Source: Bythopirellula sp. (GTDB lineage Bacteria > Planctomycetota > Planctomycetia > Pirellulales > Lacipirellulaceae). Taken from it: a DNA stretch of 64,000 bases. The notes under the pieces were generated by a model that was given only the letters and a program-made list of their open reading frames with translations, was not told the DNA's origin and made no database searches. Shown piece by piece: positions 21,057-31,044 of the stretch (within the stretch, counting starts at the first letter, position 1; every line of letters starts with the position of its first letter). The DNA lies in NCBI GenBank assembly GCA_965216565.1, contig OZ244170.1, positions 2,656,001-2,720,000 on the forward strand, read 5' to 3'. The position numbers and the translations under genes are program-made.

Positions 21057-21283
21057 AATCGTACAAGATTCGTGTGGGGAGGGATTCTACCTGGAAGAAA
21101 GGGCGGCCTGAATTTTTCGAGTGTGAAGTACTTAGTTTTCGTGAGCATACAGGAAAGAAGAACAAACCTAAAATCGATCGCGTTTGCGAAGCCATTCAAG
21201 CGTTTAGTTGTTGTGGAAAGGAATCGATTCATTAAGCACATGCTTTCACACGAGGGAGCATTTGTCGGCTGAATAGCGTCGTC

Positions 21284-21323
21284 GACTCTAAAACAATGAC
21301 TCTAAAACAATGACTCTAAAACA
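21284..21323. repeat. 14-bp tandem repeat x2.9
   Basis: GACTCTAAAACAAT x2 + GACTCTAAAACA. Confidence 0.9.
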
Positions 21324-21334
21324 TTAAGGAACAT

Positions 21335-21487
21335 TCATACCCAATCATTCAGGTCATCAATAACAACGAACAACACATTGGGACGCTTCTGCAAGTCCGT
21401 GGCTTGTTCAGAGCACATCGCATGTCCTGTTAGAAAGAAACACGCGGCGAACACGCCTGCTGCCCAAATAGATATGTGTCTTCTCAT
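21335..21487 (-). pseudogene. Truncated sulfatase (signal peptide + first motif only)
   Basis: MRRHISIWAAG... KRPNVLFVVIDDLNDWV then stop; no CxPSR motif follows. Confidence 0.8.
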
Positions 21488-21581
21488 AATGAATCCCGAT
21501 AATCGTGAACTGCCGTTTGCTTTCTTCCACAACTAAAAGGCTTACGAATACGAGGATGATGGGTCGCTGCACGGAGGCCAA

Positions 21582-21621
21582 AACCGGTATACCGGTTGGC
21601 CCGCCCCAGTATACCGGTTGG
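21582..21621. promoter_or_regulatory. Tandem operator-like palindromes
   Basis: Perfect 16-bp AACCGGTATACCGGTT (21582-21597) and second copy CCAGTATACCGGTTGG (21606-21621). Confidence 0.6.
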
Positions 21622-21879
21622 TCGCCTGCACGGCAAATGTGGCCGCTCACGGAATATTCAGGACCCTAGTTCTGGTGATTTGGAGTCGCCTTAGAGAACA
21701 GAGATGGTTGCCTCCGACCGCAATCGGTTGCGTTGCCAACCGAGGGAGGTTGCATTGAATTCGGCCGCGACGACCTGATCGCCACTCGCTTCGGTGATTT
21801 GGACCGAGGGGAGGAACTTAATTTGGCTAGCCCGCTTCGGTTGAGCAAATCGAAGCGGTATTTGAGCAATGCCTAACCC

Positions 21880-21902
21880 GCGTTGGCTTCATCGACCTGT
21901 GC
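21880..21902. repeat. Degenerate REP-like family A copy
   Basis: GCGTTGGCTTCATCGACCTGTGC, 18/23 match to the 25320 copy. Confidence 0.55.
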
Positions 21903-21942
21903 AGGCTGGCTAAGTGACACCGGTGTTTCACGCCGAGGCTAG

Positions 21943-23916
21943 TTAGCGGAGCCGCCGTCCCATCGTCAAACAGAGTGCGGCTAGGACGAGTGCAGAGGTG
22001 GTGGGTTCAGGGATGGCGGGAGCGGCCACTAATTCTCCTAGTGTGACGGCTACCGTTGCGGTAGTAGCGAAGAAGTCTCCAGCACCCTGGATTGAATTCA
22101 GGTCGAAACTAAATGCCGTACCATCACCAAGAATTCCAGTCAAGGTAACGTCTCGATCGCTGATCTCAAGCGTTTCACCAGGCTGCATATTGGCGTCGAT
22201 ATCTTCGATTAGTGCGCCAGATACTAAATCTCGGATTTCGAACGCAGAGCCAAACAGATTAACTGTGCTTCTAGATAACGCCATAAAGTTTTCACCGATT
22301 TCGCCACCACCGATATGAATGTTAGTGCTATTCATAGCGCTGAATGCATCTCCGATTGTTCCACCTCTGATTGTGACCCCACTTGAGGAACGCGCTAAAA
22401 AATTGTTTCCAATAGAACCGCCTTCGAAGAATAAGGTGCTCCGATTGTCCACAACTAGGTCGTTCCCCATTGCCCCATCCGAGATATGCACATCGCTCCC
22501 TAAGCCAGCCCTAAATCCACCCTGAAAAGTGCCTCCGGATATTTCGACAGTGCCAAAGACTCTAAATTGGTTGCCAAACGAACCACCTAATATGTCTACT
22601 TCGCCGCTGGCACTGAATCGATCTTCGAACTCACCATCAATGATATTCACAGTTCCAATCAAGTGCCCCCCAATGCCTAACGTTCCTCCCGAGATTTCGA
22701 TCGTACCCGAAATTCTAGAATTAATAGAAATAGATCCACCAGAGATTGATACATCAGAGTCCACTATACGAAATTCACTTCCCAAGAAGCCGTCTGACAT
22801 TCTGAGAACTCCATCTCTCAACTGCGAAGTTCTAGTGATAGAGCTCAGTACACCGCCACCCATAACGTTCAGCACACTCCCTCGAAAGCCATCAAAAGAA
22901 GGAATTCTACCACCGCTAACTATGACCTCAGCATTGACTGCCTCGACGTTTTCACCCATTCTTCCCCCATTGAGCAGCAAAGTGCTTCCCGGACCAGCGT
23001 TAAAAATGTTCTCAACCATGGCTCCATCGTTGACAGTTAGTGTTTGCCCTGTTCGGATTCCAAGCGGAGTAGGGCCTCCCGGTAACGAGATTGAATTCGC
23101 ACCAATTGGCGGAAGTTCAGACGCGACTAGCTGAAGAGTGCCCTCTGCGATTCGATCTCTATCAGGACCTGAGAAAGCGAATGGTGTGCCATCTGCAAGG
23201 ACACCCTCCAGTAAAGAGCTGCCTAAGCTACCAAACGGGACACTAGACCCAGGGGTGTCTAGTCCGGTAATTGGAACACCATCGAGCTGAAACTCGCCTC
23301 CAAAGACTTTCACACTACTTAAACTGATAGTCTCGATAGATCCATGTGTTCCACCAGAGATGTTAAACTCGCTTCCGGCAGAGGCTTCTATGTCTCTCTG
23401 AGGTGAACTAGTTCTTTCACTTCCGATTGAACCACCAGAGATGTTGACTTGACTACCGTTTACTGCATGCAACCTACCTTCAAGCAATCCGCCAGAGATG
23501 TTTGCTGCGCCATCGTTACTAACCGTGAAGCCACTTTCGATTGTGCCTCCAGAGACATTGGCAATACCGCCACTGCGAATGTGCAGTCCACCGTCAATAA
23601 GACCACCAGTTACATTCAATTCTGCATTTGTAACAGATCCGTCAGAAGCGCCGACAAGAAAGTCCTCCCCGATACTCCCTCCATCTGCGAGATTTAATTG
23701 AGTGTCGGTGCCAATTGACTGATCGTCACCGATATTTGGACCGGGTGGAATGTTCAACACCGTACTGAACTGAGCGATTGCATCCTGGTCGTGCAGGGCT
23801 AAGCCGCATACTAAAAAAACAGTCACAAAGTTCAGCATCGTGACCGGCGTTGGGATTCGTTTTGTAGGTAGATGTATGATGTTCATCTTCCAGTTGAAAA
23901 GGCCAAAAAAAAGCAC
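21943..23916 (-). CDS. PEP-CTERM protein with ISGG repeats, paralogue of 16606..18252
   Basis: Shared TVLNIPP.P.IGDDQSI...TQLNL.DGGSIG; IPEPTT + TM + RRLR. True start probably a downstream ATG. Confidence 0.88.
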   Translation of the reverse strand: MLFFGLFNWKMNIIHLPTKRIPTPVTMLNFVTVFLVCGLALHDQDAIAQFSTVLNIPPGPNIGDDQSIGTDTQLNLADGGSIGEDFLVGASDGSVTNAELNVTGGLIDGGLHIRSGGIANVSGGTIESGFTVSNDGAANISGGLLEGRLHAVNGSQVNISGGSIGSERTSSPQRDIEASAGSEFNISGGTHGSIETISLSSVKVFGGEFQLDGVPITGLDTPGSSVPFGSLGSSLLEGVLADGTPFAFSGPDRDRIAEGTLQLVASELPPIGANSISLPGGPTPLGIRTGQTLTVNDGAMVENIFNAGPGSTLLLNGGRMGENVEAVNAEVIVSGGRIPSFDGFRGSVLNVMGGGVLSSITRTSQLRDGVLRMSDGFLGSEFRIVDSDVSISGGSISINSRISGTIEISGGTLGIGGHLIGTVNIIDGEFEDRFSASGEVDILGGSFGNQFRVFGTVEISGGTFQGGFRAGLGSDVHISDGAMGNDLVVDNRSTLFFEGGSIGNNFLARSSSGVTIRGGTIGDAFSAMNSTNIHIGGGEIGENFMALSRSTVNLFGSAFEIRDLVSGALIEDIDANMQPGETLEISDRDVTLTGILGDGTAFSFDLNSIQGAGDFFATTATVAVTLGELVAAPAIPEPTTSALVLAALCLTMGRRLR

Positions 23917-24028
23917 CGCGAACTTCGCATTTCAACCGCAATTGCGGCCAAACGCTGAAATTCGTGGTGCTCTAGTTAGTTCTTACTCGTAATTGTGAAA
24001 CGAAAACGGGAAGTTGTTCGCTGCCCAG

Positions 24029-24057
24029 ATTGTAAGCGTGGGATAGCTGAATTGCAA
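24029..24057 (-). promoter_or_regulatory. sigma70-type promoter for the 21943..23916 gene
   Basis: TTGCAA-N17-TACAAT on the minus strand; TACAATCTGG also occurs upstream of the 25058 gene (25223-25232). Confidence 0.55.
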
Positions 24058-24155
24058 GAAATTACGCAGAAGTTCAGCAACAGCCCATAAATGGGCTGTG
24101 TTCAGGCCGCTCAAGCTAAGTGTTGGTTGTCTGAGGGGGTGAAGGTCGGTGATAC

Positions 24156-24186
24156 GCTAAGTAGCATCGGCTTCATCGTCCGACGC
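24156..24186 (+). repeat. REP-like family A (GTAG + palindrome)
   Basis: GCTAAGTAGCATCGGCTTCATCGTCCGACGC. Confidence 0.75.
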
Positions 24187-24188
24187 AT

Positions 24189-25058
24189 CTATGAGCGGCG
24201 GATTCTAATGACGGAAAAGAACAACGTAGCGAGGGCAAGAAAGAGTGTCCTTGGTTCCGGTACAGCAGCAGAACTTGCACTCATCGGCACGCCGTAGTTG
24301 GCTTCCCAGTCGGCCAAATCACCGACGCCAGGATCGATTTGCCATGTGAGGAAATCAAGGCCGTCGACTCGTCCGTCTATATTGAAATCGCCTTCTAGGT
24401 CTGGCAGATCAGCGAGTTGTCGAATCTCCGACAGAGTAAGCACATGGTCAAATACCCGCAGGTCATCCATAGTCCCATCGAAGAAGAAGCCATCTCCCGG
24501 ATGTCGCCCTAGTGTCATTGCGTTGATCGCGCTTATGTTCAGAGTCTTGGTATCTGTCGATGTCTCCGTGCCGTTCAAGTAGAACGCGTGCTCGCTTCCG
24601 TCACTAACCAGAGCAATATGCTGCCACTGGCCTTGAGTCGTGTCATTGAAGTCGTAGTACTGACTGCCCCAGTAATCTAAGCGGTATGCGTTATTGTCGA
24701 TGTAGAGGTTGAAAGCTCGCCCTGGATTGAAGCTCCCATGATGGATAAGACGATGATCTAATCCTGGGTTGTTGCGAGGATTCACCCACAGCGAATACGA
24801 AATTGGTCCTGCCCCCGCAGGCAGAAATGTCGTTGGCAATTCGATGTAACTAGTTGAGAAATCGTACGCCTGATTCGGAGCGCCAAACCGATCAGGGGCA
24901 AGTATCGCACCAAAAACCGTTCCGTGTTGTCCATTCCCACTCGTATCGTTCACATTTCCATCAAAGAGCCATTCGCCCACTAATGTTCCTCGGCATACTG
25001 CGGCATTCCAAGATACAGCGATGATGAACACGACGTAGAGATTTAGGAGCCGATGCAT
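24189..25058 (-). CDS. LamG/concanavalin-like PEP-CTERM protein with dockerin-like module
   Basis: W.FDGNVNDTSGNG, DRFG, WQHIALV, FDGTMDDLRVFD, GDFNIDGRVDGLDFLTWQ, VPEPRT. Confidence 0.9.
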   Translation of the reverse strand: MHRLLNLYVVFIIAVSWNAAVCRGTLVGEWLFDGNVNDTSGNGQHGTVFGAILAPDRFGAPNQAYDFSTSYIELPTTFLPAGAGPISYSLWVNPRNNPGLDHRLIHHGSFNPGRAFNLYIDNNAYRLDYWGSQYYDFNDTTQGQWQHIALVSDGSEHAFYLNGTETSTDTKTLNISAINAMTLGRHPGDGFFFDGTMDDLRVFDHVLTLSEIRQLADLPDLEGDFNIDGRVDGLDFLTWQIDPGVGDLADWEANYGVPMSASSAAVPEPRTLFLALATLFFSVIRIRRS

Positions 25059-25319
25059 GATTAGTCCTTCTGTCGGAATCCCGGCGCGTTGGAACGCAGT
25101 TCCGTTAGCTGAGGTGACATCTATGTGAAGGGACGCCTAATCCACGGTGTGGCGCTGAGCTGGTGGCGGATAGTATAATCACTCAAAAGAAATAGGCCAA
25201 ATCCTGCCCAGAGCTACCGTTACCAGATTGTAGCGGTGCGACACAGTTCCAGCAGAAATGGAACTCCCGAATCCGCATCGAGCAAAGACACTGACGCAGA
25301 TACGACGAACAGCTACAAC

Positions 25320-25350
25320 GCGTCGGCTTCATCGTCCGACGCTACTTAGC
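25320..25350 (-). repeat. REP-like family A (GTAG on minus strand)
   Basis: GCGTCGGCTTCATCGTCCGACGCTACTTAGC. Confidence 0.75.
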
Positions 25351-25534
25351 TGATGGCTTACACCGCTTCTCTTTGACGATGGTTCGGTTGCGTTGATTGA
25401 CAATATGAACTGGCAGAGATTCAGGCGTGCGGACAATCGTCCAGACAGAATGGCCACGCTTCAATTATTCTTCTACCATTAGACGCCCAGTCGCTCCGCT
25501 GGCTCCAACCACGTATATTACCATTCCCGTTCCT

Positions 25535-27301
25535 TCAGTGGATCTGAGCGTTCTCGATTTCATCGAGTGCAAGATAGGCGTTGGCAATGCTTTTCGCAGA
25601 GAGTTTTCTCTTCCGCAATTCAGTTGGTGTGTCGCCTGAGTTCAGAACGCGCCAGTACAGCCAAAGTGATGCAACGAAACCTAAGACTCCCACGACGAGC
25701 GAAGCCGTGAGGGGTCGCGGATGTAGCACGTCATCGAATCCGATCGCAACTGCAACGGGAATCCACATCAGCCACCACACAAAACCGATGAGGACACCAG
25801 CGCGCAGGTAGCCGGATCGCAGGCTGTCGAGATTGTTGCGGATGTCGGCAACAGGTTTCGAGTAGTCGATCTTTCGGATTCTAGTACAGACAAGCAACGA
25901 CTGAGCAATGACGAGTACGCCGTAAACGTGCAAAATGACTCCACTCACGACGCGATAAGCAACATCCGTATTTCGAGCCCAGCACTGCGCTCCTAGCACG
26001 ATTAAGGCGACACCAATTAGCACTTGAAGCAATTGCCCGCGGAATAACGGCCGAAGTGAATTCTCTACACGTTCCATTAGTTGGCGACGTGTCAACAGCA
26101 TCCGTCCAGCGAGTTCCTGCTCTGCCAGAGTTGAAGTCGTGCTGTCTCCGATGTCACCAGAATTCACATCGTAGTCTACAGTCGGCGCGAGCGCGGGTCC
26201 CTTGGTCGAAGTAATAGACTGCACGTCAGACTTGACTTGACTTGCATGCTGATATCGGCGCTGTGGTTCCTTCTCAAGAGTTCGCAGGACAACTTCGTCG
26301 AGGCGCACGTCAATTTCGACTTTCTTCGATGGTGCTGCGAATCGTCCAATCGGTAGCTCGCCGGTCAGCATTTCATAGAAAACCACACCAAGCGAGTAAA
26401 TGTCTGCCCGGTGATCGACGCCATGTGTGCTTTCCAACTGTTCGGGAGCCATGTATCGTGGTGTACCCATGACCTGATGCGTTCCTGTAAGCACCTCTTG
26501 TTGGCTCTCGTTCCCTAGTATCCGCGAGAGCCCGAAATCGGCGATTTTTACCGCACCGTCAGAGGCAATTAGAATGTTCTCGGGCTTGATGTCACGGTGG
26601 ACAATGCCTTTGTCATGTGCGTATTGCAGCGCATCGCAAAGGTGCGGAACGATAGCTAACGCGTGTTCGGGCGCAAGTTGTCCTGCTTTCGAGATATCTC
26701 GAAGTGTTGAACCATCCACAAATTCCATGAGAAAGTAGTAGGTGTCTTCCACTTTTCCGAATTCATACACCGACACAATGTTGGGGTGACTCAGTTTAGC
26801 CAGCGTCCGAGCTTCTCGCGTAAAGCGAAGTGCAAATTTGACATCGCTACCAAATTCGTCCGGCAGAATTTTCAGCGCAACAAGTCGGTCGAGCCCCGAT
26901 TGGCGGGCCTTGTACACGGCTCCCATTCCCCCAGCACCAATGAGTTCAATAATTTCCAGCGCTGGGAAAAGTTCGGCGAGACGGCCCACGGTGGGCGGTT
27001 GAAACAAGCCTGTCTCTCTGGCATCGTCGTTAAGCGCGTTGCCTATCGATTCAGAGGCATCCGGAAATCGGTCGAGGTATTCTTGTTTCGTTGGAGTTTC
27101 GCCTCGCCGCCGCCGGTAGTCGACGTCGAGAGCAATTAGTTCAGCAAGCAATACTTCTCGCTCGATAGGTGAGATAACGCCGGAAAGCATCGATTCGATC
27201 GTCAGTTCTCCATCGGCCTGCCATTTGCGTTCAAACTCAGCACAAAGATCATCTATCCGTTCTAGGGCTGCAATGGGTAGTTTTTTCTGACGGATGTTCA
27301 T
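25535..27301 (-). CDS. Hanks-type Ser/Thr protein kinase with C-terminal TM helices
   Basis: GAGGMGAVY, VALK, HRDIKPEN, DFGL, GTPRYMAPE; planctomycete-type N-terminal IDDLCAEFE domain. Confidence 0.95.
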   Translation of the reverse strand: MNIRQKKLPIAALERIDDLCAEFERKWQADGELTIESMLSGVISPIEREVLLAELIALDVDYRRRRGETPTKQEYLDRFPDASESIGNALNDDARETGLFQPPTVGRLAELFPALEIIELIGAGGMGAVYKARQSGLDRLVALKILPDEFGSDVKFALRFTREARTLAKLSHPNIVSVYEFGKVEDTYYFLMEFVDGSTLRDISKAGQLAPEHALAIVPHLCDALQYAHDKGIVHRDIKPENILIASDGAVKIADFGLSRILGNESQQEVLTGTHQVMGTPRYMAPEQLESTHGVDHRADIYSLGVVFYEMLTGELPIGRFAAPSKKVEIDVRLDEVVLRTLEKEPQRRYQHASQVKSDVQSITSTKGPALAPTVDYDVNSGDIGDSTTSTLAEQELAGRMLLTRRQLMERVENSLRPLFRGQLLQVLIGVALIVLGAQCWARNTDVAYRVVSGVILHVYGVLVIAQSLLVCTRIRKIDYSKPVADIRNNLDSLRSGYLRAGVLIGFVWWLMWIPVAVAIGFDDVLHPRPLTASLVVGVLGFVASLWLYWRVLNSGDTPTELRKRKLSAKSIANAYLALDEIENAQIH

Positions 27302-27306
27302 TGATT

Positions 27307-27900
27307 TCAACCAAGTTCTGCTGACATTTTTTCTCGGATCAGGTGGAGACGACGTTCAATCGTCCGCTCAGAACAGCCAAAACGCTCGGCAAGTTCAGCA
27401 TTGGAATACCCCTCTAACTTGGCACCCGCTAAATCCCTGAGCTGTCCGACACCCAAATGAGAAAAAAGTTGTTCCACAGCTTCTTGCATCATCAGCACCA
27501 TTTCCGGGGATGGCTGGTCACCGATGGCTTCGATGGCCTTGCCGTCGTCACCAGCGTGGCCCAGTGAATGGATCCTGACGTTCCCGCCCCGTCGCTGTCT
27601 CAGATCGTGTCTCCGTTTATCGACAACTTTACGTGCCGCCATTCGCAGCAAGAGTTGCCAAAGATCGTCTCGATCGGAGAGGTCCGGAAAACGCCCATTT
27701 TCGGCTGCATTGTAGAAGCTGTCGAAGACGCTCAGCACGATATCTTCTTCGTCCGAGATGGCCCGGTTTTGCCCATACAATCGTTGACGAACGCTGCGCA
27801 CGAGACGATCGAAATAATGCTGCCAAATGAGATTGGCGGCGGCCGAATCGCCGTCCTTCACTAAATCAATCCAATGGCTGACTTTCGAGTTTTTCGACAT
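27307..27900 (-). CDS. ECF-type sigma factor (planctomycete, kinase-associated)
   Basis: WQHYFDRLV, DEEDIVLSVFDSF, GRFPDL, EGYSNAELAERFGCSERTIERRL. Start at MSKN. Confidence 0.9.
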   Translation of the reverse strand: MSKNSKVSHWIDLVKDGDSAAANLIWQHYFDRLVRSVRQRLYGQNRAISDEEDIVLSVFDSFYNAAENGRFPDLSDRDDLWQLLLRMAARKVVDKRRHDLRQRRGGNVRIHSLGHAGDDGKAIEAIGDQPSPEMVLMMQEAVEQLFSHLGVGQLRDLAGAKLEGYSNAELAERFGCSERTIERRLHLIREKMSAELG

Positions 27901-28618
27901 GCTGAAAGACTGACAGATATAGAAGGCCGGGGGCCGAAATTGCGAGTTCAATGGTACCATATCCACTAAGACCATCGAACTCGAATGTGGGGCAGACATC
28001 TGAATTTTGCAAACAGCATGCTTAGTAATGTTTCACTTCGAGGTCCAGTTCCTTCTTGGCCATGTACATCAGCAGTGGACAATGTTGCCTTCAGTTTCTA
28101 TAGAGCACACCCACGGAACTGCGTCAGCGAGTCCCTCTGCGCGAATGCCGTTTCACAGTCGCCCCATAGAATAACCGTCTTGCTGTCAATTCGATGGGTA
28201 GCAAACTGCTTGAAAAGCGCAAGTCGGCTCAGGCATGCCTGAGGGCACCAAATTTTCTACCCAATGTCAGCTCATCGCCACTCGCTTCAGCTGAGCACCC
28301 CCGAAACAGTCTTTGGACAATGCCTAGCACGCATCAGTTACATCGGCTAAGGCGCAGAAGCGAGTAACAAGAACGAGCTCCAGGGACTTTCGAATTCCGC
28401 AGCCAAGCTTAGTCCCTCATGTCACAATTGGGTCACTGAGCCGATTCCGCATTCAGACCCCCAAGACTTAATGTGCTTCTGCCTTTAGCGATATCCTGAG
28501 CGCAAATTCTTCCACGAACTTGGGCAGACTCTTCACACTGGTCACGAGGTCGAGCGGACACCCTTGGATTGATTCGTCAGGTTCGATCAATTCGTGGTCG
28601 TGAATTGCCGAGATCGAA

Positions 28619-29389
28619 CTAAGCTGCGCGTTGCTTCGCTTTTTGTAAGAATGCCTGATAGTCGAGCAGGCTGTCGAAGTCGGTGGTTTCGTCGTCGATG
28701 GGAATGGCGTGGACCGCATCGAGCCAATGGCGGGTGAGCGGATAGCCGCACAGCGAGCGATAGGCTTGCCACAGTTTGCCGCCGCCACCGCGGATGAGAG
28801 CGTGTTGTCGAGCGTGGTGTAGAGCCTTGGCAATCTTGTTGCGATGTCGTCGCCGAAACCAGATTCCTAGAATATCTTGTCCCGCGGCGCACTGCGTGGT
28901 GAGAAATCGCACCGGCCCGCCGCGGTTGAGCCCGCAAGCCAGGTCCATGGCTTGGTCGGTCCAGTAAACATCGCCGGCAAGCAGGAGAGTTGGTTCGCCC
29001 CAGTGTTCGCGGCTGGAGAGTGCCGTCTCTACGGTCCAGCGGCGTTCGCTTGCTGGCAGTTCTACGACATCGGCCACCGCTTCCACCATCTCGGCAATAG
29101 CGACGTGATGGGTCATCACCGCCGGACGAGTGTCCCAGCGCTGCTGGATTTGTTCAATGGTTCTCAGGAGCAAAGGTTGGCCGTGAACGTTTACCAGTTG
29201 CTTGTGTTCAATTGCTTCCCAGCGCTGACCGACGCCAGAGGCTAAGATCACAACGCGCGGAGCTTTGGCCACAACCCGAGCGGGTACGCGACAGCCGGGA
29301 CGCATCAGCTTGCGAAAGGTACGTAGCATGGCGGAACTGTAAAAAGAGCTTGCAGACTGGACAATGGCAATCGTTCTCTTGCTTGGCAC
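28619..29389 (-). CDS. NTP transferase (MobA/LicC-like nucleotidyltransferase fold)
   Basis: VVILASGVGQRW, HKQLV, LLLRTI, GDV, DFD. Start uncertain. Confidence 0.7.
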   Translation of the reverse strand: MPSKRTIAIVQSASSFYSSAMLRTFRKLMRPGCRVPARVVAKAPRVVILASGVGQRWEAIEHKQLVNVHGQPLLLRTIEQIQQRWDTRPAVMTHHVAIAEMVEAVADVVELPASERRWTVETALSSREHWGEPTLLLAGDVYWTDQAMDLACGLNRGGPVRFLTTQCAAGQDILGIWFRRRHRNKIAKALHHARQHALIRGGGGKLWQAYRSLCGYPLTRHWLDAVHAIPIDDETTDFDSLLDYQAFLQKAKQRAA

Positions 29390-29463
29390 AAAGGCCGAAT
29401 GCGCTATAATCAGACCATACTTTTGCTCCTATGCTACCTATGCCAGCACTACCAAAGGCCACC

Positions 29464-30921
29464 ATGTCATCTACGATATCCGAAGCCCCCACCACGCTCG
29501 CTGAACTCCAAGAAAGCGGCTGGAAGTCGAAATCAGTCAAGCAAGAGATCCACGATAATTTCCTCGCCAAGCTCGAGTCGGGCGAGGAACTCTACCCGGG
29601 GATCGTGGGCTACGACCACACTGTGATTCCCGAACTGAATATCGCCATCCTGGCACAGCACGATATTTTGTTTCTCGGCGAGAAGGGCCAAGCGAAGAGT
29701 CGCCTGATGCGTTTGCTGGCATCGTTCCTGGACGATGCGATTCCGTACTTGGCAGATCCGGCGATCCCCGTACACGATGATCCCTTGGCACCAATCACCA
29801 AGCGGGGCCGCGAGCTGGTGGCGAGCCGTTCGCCGGAAGACATCCCCATCGCTTGGTGGCACAAAGAAGATCGCTATGCCGAGCGGCTATCCCCAGGCAC
29901 CAAGTTTGCCGACATCATCGGCGAGATCGACCCCGCCAAGCTTGCCTCGGGTGTGAGCATGAGCACCGAAGACGCTTTGCACTTTGGCTTGATCCCGCGG
30001 ATGCATCGCGGCATCTTTGCGATGAACGAACTTCCTGAGCTCGACGAGTTGGTGCAAGTCGGTTTGTTCAACATTCTGGAAGAACGCGACGTGCAGATTC
30101 GCGGCTATCCTGTGAACTTCGATATCGACGTGCTGATCCTGTTTAGCGCAAACCCCGCTACCTACAACCGCAGCGGCAAGGTGATTCCTCAACTAAAGGA
30201 CCGCATTGGGTCGCTGATTCACACGCACTATCCGCTAGACCGCGAGCAAGGCGTCCAGATCTTAGAGCAAGAGACTCTTTCGAACGCGGAAAGCGGATCC
30301 GGGAAAGCAGAGGATGCTTCGAGCAACGGAGAACTTGACGTTGTTGTGCCCTATTTTATGAAGGAGCTTATTGAAGAAATCAGTCGGGCGGCGCGAGAAT
30401 CGAAGTATATCGATCACGAGTCGGGCGTGAGTGCTCGGCTTTCAATTGCCAATTATCGAACGATGATCGCCAGCGCCCAACAACGGGCGGCTATCTTGGG
30501 TGAGAAACCGGCAGTGCCACGAATTAGTGACCTGGGCCATCTGTATTCTTCGTCGCTGGGCAAGCTTGAGCTCGATCTGATGGGCACCCATCAAATGAGC
30601 GAGCGTCAGGTGCTCGACGCGGTGATGGCCGAGGCGATTTCCACCGTGTTCGGCGAGTACGTCGATCGCCACGGATTGGCGGAGATCGCACAGATATTTT
30701 CCGAGGGCGTGAAGATCGAGGTCGGCGACATGCTGCCGTCGTCGCACTATGCCGATTTGCTGCAGCGCGTGCCTCCCATTTGGGACAAGGCATTCGAGGT
30801 GAACGCCAGTGAAGATGCCGCCGTTCGCGCTTCTTGTGTGGAATTCATTTTGGCCGGACTGTATGCGACCGATCGCATTAGCCGCAGCCAGGATCACGGG
30901 CGGATCGTTTATGAGATGTGA
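29464..30921 (+). CDS. Mg-chelatase/MoxR-like AAA+ ATPase
   Basis: GEKGQAKS Walker A variant, [31 protein letters not shown] at 29405. Confidence 0.85.
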   Translation: MSSTISEAPTTLAELQESGWKSKSVKQEIHDNFLAKLESGEELYPGIVGYDHTVIPELNIAILAQHDILFLGEKGQAKSRLMRLLASFLDDAIPYLADPAIPVHDDPLAPITKRGRELVASRSPEDIPIAWWHKEDRYAERLSPGTKFADIIGEIDPAKLASGVSMSTEDALHFGLIPRMHRGIFAMNELPELDELVQVGLFNILEERDVQIRGYPVNFDIDVLILFSANPATYNRSGKVIPQLKDRIGSLIHTHYPLDREQGVQILEQETLSNAESGSGKAEDASSNGELDVVVPYFMKELIEEISRAARESKYIDHESGVSARLSIANYRTMIASAQQRAAILGEKPAVPRISDLGHLYSSSLGKLELDLMGTHQMSERQVLDAVMAEAISTVFGEYVDRHGLAEIAQIFSEGVKIEVGDMLPSSHYADLLQRVPPIWDKAFEVNASEDAAVRASCVEFILAGLYATDRISRSQDHGRIVYEM

Positions 30922-30990
30922 GGTGCGGAGGCTGGAGGCTGGAGGCCATAGGCTAGAGTGAAAGATGATCGGTAATTGTCCGGCGACGAT

Positions 30991-31008
30991 CATCGCTTGC
31001 GGTTTCGC
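30991..31008. repeat. Solo copy of the RAYT-flanking repeat arm
   Basis: CATCGCTTGCGGTTTCGC, identical to 44876-44893. Confidence 0.75.
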
Positions 31009-31044
31009 CGCGTATTCAGCAATCAATCTCTGCCACCCGCAATC

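Noticed and set aside
21290..21337. TGA read-through or frameshift rescuing the sulfatase
   Set aside because: Downstream sequence is a tandem repeat with an early stop and no sulfatase-like residues.
25440..25525. Degenerate attC-like site after the kinase gene
   Set aside because: Too degraded to fold into an attC; resemblance is only impressionistic.
27985..28600. Gene in the 700-bp gap between the ECF sigma and the NTP transferase
   Set aside because: Only short ORFs without motifs; possibly decayed DNA, but no family could be recognised.
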